A stretch of 24,568 nucleotides of DNA from Chthonomonadales bacterium (GTDB lineage Bacteria > Armatimonadota > Chthonomonadetes > Chthonomonadales > Chthonomonadaceae): contig JBBQPO010000059.1 in NCBI GenBank assembly GCA_038217285.1, forward strand, positions 1 to 24,568. Reading direction: 5' to 3'. The position numbers and the translations under genes were made by a program. Below, piece after piece: positions 17,637 to 24,568 of this stretch (within the stretch, counting starts at the first letter, position 1; the number at the start of each line of letters is the position of its first letter). The notes under the pieces are model-generated. The model worked only from the letters and a program-made list of their open reading frames with translations, did no database searches and was not told where the DNA came from.

Positions 17637-19055
17637 ATGAAACAGCAGACACTGGCCGGATCGTTTACACTGGAAGGGGTGGGCATCCATACCGGCGTGC
17701 ATGGGCGCGTCACGGTCACTCCTTCGGGAGTCGATACCGGACGTGTTTTCAAGGTCGGGAGCGTCACAATTCCGGCACGTGCCGAGTTTGTGGTCGATAC
17801 CTCCCGCAGTACGCGTCTCGGGCGCGATGGCGCGACGGTCAGTACTGTCGAACATCTGCTCTCGGCCCTCCATGCCTTCGGAGTAGATAACGCCCACATC
17901 GTGGTCGAAGGCCCGGAAATACCGATCATGGACGGCAGCGCGGCCCCTTTTGCGGAAGCTATCCGGCGCGTCGGCGTGTGCGGGCAGGGCAAGTCGGCGC
18001 GGCGACTGCGCCTCCGTGCCCCTATCACGACCGATCAGGGCAGTACACGGCTGACGGCGGAGCCTGCGGCAGGACTGAACCTGCGCGTCTGTACGGAGTT
18101 CGAGGACTGGGCAGAGGGCACCGCCGAATGCCTTGCCGACGTCTGTCCGACCACGGCGGCGTCCTACTGCGTGGAGATCGCTCCCGCCCGCACCTTCGCC
18201 TTTCACGCGGAAGTCGAGAGGCTGCTGGAGGCGGGACTGGCACGCGGCGGTACACTGGACAACGCGCTCATCATTACGCCGCCATCTGGCTTTTCCGCTC
18301 CGCTCCGTGTACCGCAGGAGTGGTGCGTTCATAAGATGCTGGACCTTATCGGCGACCTCGCCCTGGCGGATGCGCGTCTGGAGTTGCGCGTCTCCGCATC
18401 GCGGCCGGGCCATCGCGCGAATGTCGCCTTTGTGCGGGCGCTGCTGGCGCATAGCCAGACAGAGGGAGATCAGGAGAACGGAATGGATTGTACGCTGGAT
18501 ATAGAGGACATTCGCGCTCTGCTGCCGCATCGCTACCCGATGCTGCTGGTAGACAGAGTGCTGGAATTGACACCGGGGCAACATGTGGTCGGACTGAAGA
18601 ATGTGACGATTAACGAACCGTTTTTCGATGGACATTTCCCGAACCAGGCGGTTATGCCGGGCGTCTTGATTCTGGAATCGATGGCGCAGGTCGCGGGCTT
18701 GATGATGTTGTCTCTGACGGAACAACGCGGCAAGATCCCCTATCTCGCCGCCATGGACAACGTCAAATTCCGCAAACCGGTGGTTCCGGGTGACGCGCTC
18801 ATCACCGAGGCAAACCTGATCAAGGTGCGGGGCATGATCGGCAAAGTACGCATGGTCGCCCGCGTCGCCGGTATGGTGGTCGCCGAGTGTGACATGACCT
18901 TTGCGTTGAAAGAGGCCACGCCTCATTCGACGGAGCAGAGACTGGAGAAACTGAGGTTCGGACGCCCGACACCGGTTGCTTCCGAGGCCGCCTCCAACGA
19001 CGCCGGGAACGCTGACGCGCATCCGACCAATGAGGGAGACAGCCATCGTGTCTAA
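17637..19055 (+). CDS. lpxC-fabZ: Bifunctional LpxC deacetylase / FabZ 3-hydroxyacyl-ACP dehydratase fusion
   Basis: LpxC motifs QQTL..G.GIHTG, TVEHLLSAL, PIMDGSA, ARTF, HKMLDLIGDL and GHRAN. FabZ motifs LLPHRYPMLLVD, NEPFFDGHFP, MPGVLILESMAQ and FRKPVVPGD. One uninterrupted frame. Confidence 0.93.
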   Translation: MKQQTLAGSFTLEGVGIHTGVHGRVTVTPSGVDTGRVFKVGSVTIPARAEFVVDTSRSTRLGRDGATVSTVEHLLSALHAFGVDNAHIVVEGPEIPIMDGSAAPFAEAIRRVGVCGQGKSARRLRLRAPITTDQGSTRLTAEPAAGLNLRVCTEFEDWAEGTAECLADVCPTTAASYCVEIAPARTFAFHAEVERLLEAGLARGGTLDNALIITPPSGFSAPLRVPQEWCVHKMLDLIGDLALADARLELRVSASRPGHRANVAFVRALLAHSQTEGDQENGMDCTLDIEDIRALLPHRYPMLLVDRVLELTPGQHVVGLKNVTINEPFFDGHFPNQAVMPGVLILESMAQVAGLMMLSLTEQRGKIPYLAAMDNVKFRKPVVPGDALITEANLIKVRGMIGKVRMVARVAGMVVAECDMTFALKEATPHSTEQRLEKLRFGRPTPVASEAASNDAGNADAHPTNEGDSHRV

Positions 19056-19848
19056 CTCGCGTATACATCCGACCGCAATCGTCGACTCATCCGCCGAAAT
19101 CGCACCCGATGTCGAGATCGGTCCGTACTGCGTCATCAGTAAGAATGTCAAAATCGGGGCAGGCACGGTCCTTCATCCCCATGTCGTTATCGAGAAGAAC
19201 ACCACCCTGGGAAGCGGCTGTCACGTTTTCAGCGGCGCCATCATCGGCGGCCCCCCGCAGGACTTCAAATATCAGGACGAGGACACCTGCGTCATCGTTG
19301 GCGACAACACGACCCTGCGCGAATGCGTCACGATCCACCGCGCCACGGGCGAAGGCTGTGAGACGCGTATCGGCAGCGACAACATGATCATGGCCTACGC
19401 CCATGTCGGCCATAACTGCGATGTCGGCAGTCACGTTTCGCTCGCCTCTTACGTCGGTATCAGCGGACACGTCACGCTCGAAGACTATGTCAACATCGGC
19501 GGGCTGACCGGGGTCCATCAGGGCTGCCGCATCGGTACACTGGCCATGCTCGGCGGCTTTTCCAAAATCACGCAGAACATCCCCCCGTATATGCTGGCCG
19601 ACGGCAATCCTGCGAAGGTCTACGATATCAATAAGATCGGACTGAGGCGCGCCAATATCGTCCCGAAGGTGCGCAACGAGCTGCGACAGGCTTACAAACT
19701 GCTCTACCGCTCCAACTTGAACATGTCGCAGGCGCTGGAGACCATCGAAGAGGAGATCGACAAAAGCCCGGAGTTGGAGCATCTGCTGAAGTTTATCCGG
19801 AGTTCGCGCAATGGCAAGGAGTTCCGCGGCAGCAATCCGGCCGAATAA
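19048..19848 (+). CDS. lpxA: Acyl-ACP--UDP-N-acetylglucosamine O-acyltransferase
   Basis: IHPTAIV, PQDFKY, RECVTIHRAT, AYAHVGHNC, VHQ and NIPPY. Start placed at GTG 19048 (GAGGGAG SD), overlapping the fabZ stop. Confidence 0.96.
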   Translation: MSNSRIHPTAIVDSSAEIAPDVEIGPYCVISKNVKIGAGTVLHPHVVIEKNTTLGSGCHVFSGAIIGGPPQDFKYQDEDTCVIVGDNTTLRECVTIHRATGEGCETRIGSDNMIMAYAHVGHNCDVGSHVSLASYVGISGHVTLEDYVNIGGLTGVHQGCRIGTLAMLGGFSKITQNIPPYMLADGNPAKVYDINKIGLRRANIVPKVRNELRQAYKLLYRSNLNMSQALETIEEEIDKSPELEHLLKFIRSSRNGKEFRGSNPAE

Positions 19849-19854
19849 CCCGCA

Positions 19855-21216
19855 ATGAATATCGCGATTCTATCGGGAGAGATTTCCGGCGACCTTATCG
19901 GAGGGGCGCTGGCGGAGGAGTTGCGACGGCAGAGGCCTGATGTAAAGCTGTGGGGCCTCGGCAGCAGCGCCATGCGTGACGCGGGTGTGGAGCTGCTGGC
20001 CGATAGCGGGGAGTGGGGCGTCATCAGCCTGGCGCAAGGTCTGGTCAAATATCCCTATCTGCGCTTCAACGTCTATCCGAGCATCGTCAAAGCCTTAAAA
20101 CAGCGTCGCCCGGACGTGCTGGTGCTCATCGATTTTGGGGCGTTCAATGTCAAGGTCGCGCGGTTCGCCAAGCGGGCCGGCATCCCCGTCTGCTACTATT
20201 TTCCGCCCGGTGCGTGGCGGCGCGAGGGCAACAAGGGCGCAGAGTTGGGGCGGATCACCGATGTGCTGGCCGTGCCGTTCCCGTGGTCGGCGGAGCGGTT
20301 TCGGCGCCTGGGGGCCAACGCTGTCAATGTCGGGCATCCCCTGGTCGAACGGGCCAGGCCCAGCATGACGCGGGCGGAGTTCGCCGCAGAGTTCGATATG
20401 GACCCGGCGCGCCCGATCATCGGCCTGCTGCCCGGCAGCCGCCTACACGAAATCGAGCATATTCTGCCGGCGCTTCTCGACGCCGCCCGACTCATGCACA
20501 AAGAGGTGCGGGAGGCCCAGTTCGTCATCGGAGTCGCGCCGAATCTCTCGCCGGAGATCGTGGGACGGTATCTGAGCGGCCAGCCGGAACTATTGGCCCA
20601 GTTGAGCGAGTACTGGTATGAGTTCGCCCTCGAAGCCGGCACACAGGTTCGCAAGCAGGTTTCGCGCACGGCAAATGCCTTCGCACCGCAGCTCCAGCGC
20701 AAGCTCGTGACCGTCGAGGGACTGGTGGTTCCCGAACAGACCCTGACGGACGAAATGGAAAAGCGGGATCGCATCGACCGGCAGCGCGAAAAGCCACTGC
20801 TCCCGCCAACTGTGCTGGCCAAAGGACTTACCTACGACGTTATGGCCCATAGCGATGTGCTCATCACCTGCTCGGGAACGGCGACACTCGAAGCCACGAT
20901 TTTCGCGACCCCGATGGTCATCCTATATCGTCTCTCCAAATTGATGGAGTTCGAAGCCCGCCTGTTCGGGCTCGATAAGAAACTCAAGTTCATCGGACTG
21001 CCCAACATTCTCGCCGACCGTCCGATTATGCCCGAACTGCTCCAACATGCCGCGACACCGGAGGCTCTCGCCGCCGCCGCGCTGCGCCTGCTGAACGATG
21101 TGACCGCGCGTTCAACGGCCAAACGTGAGCTCGAAGCCGTCCGCACGATGCTTGGTGGCCCGGGAGCCAGCGAACGCACCGCCCGCCTTGTTTTGGAACT
21201 GGCTGAAAAAAAATAA
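19855..21216 (+). CDS. lpxB: Lipid-A-disaccharide synthase with internal insertion
   Basis: GEISGDLIG, IDFGAFN, PPGAW, VGHPL, LLPGSR..EI, SGTATLE and GLPNIL motifs. Follows lpxA. Confidence 0.94.
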   Translation: MNIAILSGEISGDLIGGALAEELRRQRPDVKLWGLGSSAMRDAGVELLADSGEWGVISLAQGLVKYPYLRFNVYPSIVKALKQRRPDVLVLIDFGAFNVKVARFAKRAGIPVCYYFPPGAWRREGNKGAELGRITDVLAVPFPWSAERFRRLGANAVNVGHPLVERARPSMTRAEFAAEFDMDPARPIIGLLPGSRLHEIEHILPALLDAARLMHKEVREAQFVIGVAPNLSPEIVGRYLSGQPELLAQLSEYWYEFALEAGTQVRKQVSRTANAFAPQLQRKLVTVEGLVVPEQTLTDEMEKRDRIDRQREKPLLPPTVLAKGLTYDVMAHSDVLITCSGTATLEATIFATPMVILYRLSKLMEFEARLFGLDKKLKFIGLPNILADRPIMPELLQHAATPEALAAAALRLLNDVTARSTAKRELEAVRTMLGGPGASERTARLVLELAEKK

Positions 21217-23045
21217 TGAAAAACTTCCCCCCGGACACTCAGAAACGCCTGCTCACCTATCTTAAGCCGCATATGCGCACACTCGGGTTGGGTCTGCTCT
21301 GCGCTGCAGCCGTCGCCGGAATAACCACCAGTATCGCCTACTTCATCCGCGAGACGATCAACTCGATGGTCGACGGCGAGACCGGACACCTGAACGCAAT
21401 GTGCGGCGCCGTGCTGCTCGTCTTCATGGTGAAGGGAATCTTCTCCTTCGGCCAGAGTTACTATCTCTCCCTAACTGCAAATCGTCTGGCCACCCATTTC
21501 CGCGACGATATCTATTCCCATCTTCACACGCTCTCGCTCTCGTTCTTCAATCGCCGACGCACCGGCGCGATCATGTCGATCCTCACAAGTGATGTGCCGG
21601 TGCTGCAAAGCGCTGCGATGAGCCTGCGGGATACCGTCTCCGCCCCGATCACCATCGTCGTCAGCCTGACCGCCCTGTTCTTTGTGAACCCGAAATTGGC
21701 GCTGATCTCGCTGTTCTTCATTCCGTGCATGGCCGCCGTTATCTCGCGCATCAGTAAGAAGATGCGCAGCATCTCCGGACTGGTGCAGGACAAACTCTCC
21801 GACGTGACGACGATCCTCGAAGAGACCGTCGCGGGGGTGCGGATCATCAAGTCGTTCGCCGCAGAAGACCACGAGGTATCACGCTTCTCAGCAGAAAACC
21901 ATCGTACGCTGCATACGATGATGCGCGGCGTTCGCAAAACGGCGCAGTTGAGGCCGATTGTGGATTTTATCGGAGCGTTTGGCATTGCCCTTATACTGTA
22001 TATCGGCGGTAATGATGTCGCACATACCAACAAAATCCAGCACCGGGAGCAGCAGCAGTGGATCGTTGCGCATCCCGGGGAGCTCGTAATGGAGGCGGAG
22101 AAGTTCCCCAAGCAGGGCGGAATGGATCAGGGGCAACTGATCATGTTCGTCTTCCTGTTGAACTCGGTGGCACAGGCTGCCGGCGGAATTGGCGCGATCG
22201 CTACCACACGGGCCCAGGCGCTGGCGTCCGCCCAGCGAATTTTCGAGGAAGTACTGGATGTCGAGTCGGAAGTCCAGGAGAAGCCGGATGCGGTGCAGAT
22301 GCCGAAAGTCGAGGGACATATCGTTTTCGAGAACGTCTCGTTCCGATACGCGCCCGACAGTCCGGATGTGCTGCACAACGTCTCGTTCGAGGTCAAGCCC
22401 GGTGAGGTCGTCGCGCTGGTGGGGCGGAGTGGAGCGGGCAAAAGCACGCTCGTAGACCTGATTCCGCGCTTCTACGATCCGACAGGAGGCCGTATCCTGA
22501 TCGACGGGCACGATATTCGCGATGTGGCCACCGCCTCGCTGCGCCGCCAGATCGGTATTGTGCCACAGGAGACCTGGCTGTTCGCCGGCAAACTGCGCGA
22601 CAATATCGCCTACGGCAACCGCGACGCCTCAGATGAAGAGATCCAGAGCGCCGCCTATGCCGCCAACGCCTACTTCATCGAAGGCATGGAGAATAAGTTC
22701 GACACCATCGTCGGGGAGCGCGGCATTCGGCTCTCGGGTGGCGAACGGCAGCGTATCTCGATCGCGCGCGCTATTTTGATGAACCCGCGCCTGCTGATAC
22801 TCGACGAAGCGACGTCGTCGCTGGACGCCTCCTCCGAGGCGCTGGTGCAGGAGGCGCTAGACACGCTGATGAAAGGGCGAACGACCCTGGTCATCGCGCA
22901 CCGTCTCTCCACGATCATCAATGCCGATCGTATCCTGGCCATGCGCGACGGAGAGGTGATCGAAGCGGGAACCCATCGGGAACTCGTCGCCGCCGGCGGC
23001 TACTATGCGCAGCTCTACGAGACGCAACTGCGCGGCTTCGACTAA
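21216..23045 (+). CDS. msbA: MsbA-like lipid A ABC exporter (TMD+NBD)
   Basis: Six-TM domain, Walker A GRSGAGKST, signature LSGGERQR, Walker B LILDEATSSLD and IAHRLST. TAATG coupling to lpxB. The msbA name rests on context. Confidence 0.88.
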   Translation: MKNFPPDTQKRLLTYLKPHMRTLGLGLLCAAAVAGITTSIAYFIRETINSMVDGETGHLNAMCGAVLLVFMVKGIFSFGQSYYLSLTANRLATHFRDDIYSHLHTLSLSFFNRRRTGAIMSILTSDVPVLQSAAMSLRDTVSAPITIVVSLTALFFVNPKLALISLFFIPCMAAVISRISKKMRSISGLVQDKLSDVTTILEETVAGVRIIKSFAAEDHEVSRFSAENHRTLHTMMRGVRKTAQLRPIVDFIGAFGIALILYIGGNDVAHTNKIQHREQQQWIVAHPGELVMEAEKFPKQGGMDQGQLIMFVFLLNSVAQAAGGIGAIATTRAQALASAQRIFEEVLDVESEVQEKPDAVQMPKVEGHIVFENVSFRYAPDSPDVLHNVSFEVKPGEVVALVGRSGAGKSTLVDLIPRFYDPTGGRILIDGHDIRDVATASLRRQIGIVPQETWLFAGKLRDNIAYGNRDASDEEIQSAAYAANAYFIEGMENKFDTIVGERGIRLSGGERQRISIARAILMNPRLLILDEATSSLDASSEALVQEALDTLMKGRTTLVIAHRLSTIINADRILAMRDGEVIEAGTHRELVAAGGYYAQLYETQLRGFD

Positions 23046-23055
23046 CAGAGGGTTC

Positions 23056-23823
23056 ATGTCTACTCCGTCTGTGCCATCCCCCGAACCGGCCGAACCCGAT
23101 CCGCTTGCCGCCGCCGCCGACCCCCGCGTGGCCCGCCGCGCCCGTTGGCTCGGCCGGGCCATCTACTACGTTGCACGCCTGGTCTTCGCGACGCTTCGCC
23201 TTCGCTTCGAAAATGAGGACCGCCTGCAGCCCTCGGGCGGCGCGATCTACGTCACCTGGCACGGACGAACCCTGATCCCGGCGCTGGTGCTGAGCCGTCG
23301 CGGCTGGTGCGCCTTGATCTCCCTCTCCCGCGACGGCGAGATACAGAACAACTTCTTTCAAATGCTCGGCTTTCAGACGGCACGGGGTTCTACCGGGCGG
23401 GGCGGTATTCGCGGCGCACTGCAGATGGCACGGCGAGTCAAAGAGGGCGGCGTCCTGGTAATGACGCCGGACGGCCCACGCGGGCCGACGCATAAGGTAC
23501 AATTAGGCGTTATCCTGATGGCGGAAAAGTCCGGAGCGCCCATCATCCCCGTCGCCGTCAGCGCCGACCGACGGTGGCTCATGGGAAGCTGGGACTCCTA
23601 TATGCTGCCGAAGCCGTTTGCGCGCGTATGTTTTTTGACCGGGGAGCCGATCCCGATTCCCCCCAACCTGAACGAGGCCAGTCGCAACCACTATGCAGCG
23701 CTTGTTGAAGTCGCCATCAATCGCCTGGAACGAGAAGCCGAACGCCTTGCCGGGCATACCGACTATCCTTCCGACTGGCCCACCGAACCGACACAGGCTG
23801 TCTCTCTTGGGGAAACACAGTAA
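23056..23823 (+). CDS. DUF374 lysophospholipid acyltransferase family protein (LpxJ-like late lipid A acyltransferase candidate)
   Basis: TWHGR, ISLSRDGE, RGSTGRGG, TPDGPRGP and SWD..LPKPF motifs. Start at ATG 23056 after the msbA stop. Confidence 0.88.
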   Translation: MSTPSVPSPEPAEPDPLAAAADPRVARRARWLGRAIYYVARLVFATLRLRFENEDRLQPSGGAIYVTWHGRTLIPALVLSRRGWCALISLSRDGEIQNNFFQMLGFQTARGSTGRGGIRGALQMARRVKEGGVLVMTPDGPRGPTHKVQLGVILMAEKSGAPIIPVAVSADRRWLMGSWDSYMLPKPFARVCFLTGEPIPIPPNLNEASRNHYAALVEVAINRLEREAERLAGHTDYPSDWPTEPTQAVSLGETQ

Positions 23824-23837
23824 CAGGAGTCTTCGAC

Positions 23838-24568
23838 ATCGTACACTATGCGTTGTATAATCTGGGGGCGATGACCGTAGGGTCGCCGTTTATCGCGGCT
23901 TACCTCGCGCAGCGTTACGTCTCCGGAAAATCGCGTCCGGGATGGCGAGAGCGGTGGGGACATCTGCCAGCAGAGTTTCACAGCCGATCCGACAGCAGAC
24001 GTCGGCTCTGGGTGCATGCGGTGTCGGCGGGTGAAGTCGTGGCGGCGGTTCCCATTTTGCGGGAGTTGCGCAGGCGACTGCCGCACGATGAGATACTGCT
24101 CTCTACGATCACGCCGGCCGGACACGAGATGGCGGAGCAGCAGGCGCTACCTTATGTAGATGGGCTGTTCTACTTCCCCTTCGATCTGCCCTGGGTCGCC
24201 CGGAGGGTCGTCGGTCTGATTCGTCCCACGGTCTTCGTCAGTCTGGAGAGCGAGATGTGGCCCAACCTGCTCCACGAGCTGAAGCGGCAGGGCGCGACCA
24301 CCGTCCTGGTAAATGGGCGCATATCGGAGAAGAATTTTCAACGTGTGCAGAAGCGTGTCCGAGGCCGGATGTCTCGATGGCTGTATCGATGGATGCTGTC
24401 GAATATGGATCGGCTGTTGATGCAGTCGGAAAACGATGCGGAACGTATCGGGACGCTGGGAGCCGGGCAGAACGTGGTCGTGCTTGGCAACTCGAAATTC
24501 GATCAGGAGATCGCGCGGCTGAACGAGGCCCAGGTGCAGGCACTGCGACAAGAGTTGAAACTGCCGGA
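23838..24568 (+). CDS. waaA: 3-deoxy-D-manno-octulosonic acid (Kdo) transferase, 3' truncated by window
   Basis: Not in the ORF track because there is no stop in the window. The frame with TGG at 24009 reads ..YALYNL..GWRERWG..LWVHAVSAGEV..STITPAG..YFPFD..ESEMWPN..VNGRISE..MQSENDA..GNSKFD. Start uncertain (ATC 23838, TTG 23853 or ATG 23871). Confidence 0.92.
   Translation, partial: MVHYALYNLGAMTVGSPFIAAYLAQRYVSGKSRPGWRERWGHLPAEFHSRSDSRRRLWVHAVSAGEVVAAVPILRELRRRLPHDEILLSTITPAGHEMAEQQALPYVDGLFYFPFDLPWVARRVVGLIRPTVFVSLESEMWPNLLHELKRQGATTVLVNGRISEKNFQRVQKRVRGRMSRWLYRWMLSNMDRLLMQSENDAERIGTLGAGQNVVVLGNSKFDQEIARLNEAQVQALRQELKLP

Noticed and set aside
16569-19166. 865-aa minus-strand ORF antisense to lpxD and lpxC-fabZ
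   Set aside because: It mirrors two in-frame sense genes, has Arg/His-rich antisense composition and shows no domain signal.
19396-19422. LpxA HVGHNC instead of E. coli HIAHDC
   Set aside because: The catalytic His is retained and the HNC variant is, to my knowledge, common outside Proteobacteria.

Overview
A GC-rich bacterial window with 18 co-oriented + strand genes (two truncated by the window edges) forming a large outer-membrane/lipid A biogenesis cluster: lptF/G (3' end), DUF3084, YqgF-like nuclease, three paralogous HEAT-like repeat genes, lipA, tamB/AsmA-like, ECF sigma factor, bamA, skp/ompH, elongated OmpH-like lipoprotein, lpxD, lpxC-fabZ fusion, lpxA, lpxB, msbA, DUF374 (LpxJ-like) acyltransferase and waaA (5' part). 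The gene order resembles the OM clusters of diderm Terrabacteria; Armatimonadota is my tentative guess (inference only). No rRNA, tRNA, CRISPR array or mobile element was seen. The most unusual element is the cassette of three translationally coupled, divergent helical-repeat paralogs (2223-5274). Each ends in a Pro-rich tail with exactly three LLR[P/S] motifs, a candidate undescribed C-terminal targeting or docking signal. Secondary oddities are a retained internal ribosome-binding site in lpxC-fabZ, insertions in LpxB and MsbA, a lipid-anchored long-armed Skp homolog, an ECF sigma with a matching promoter but no adjacent anti-sigma, and an ambiguous (possibly ATC) start for waaA. All family calls come from motif recognition by eye; no searches were run.
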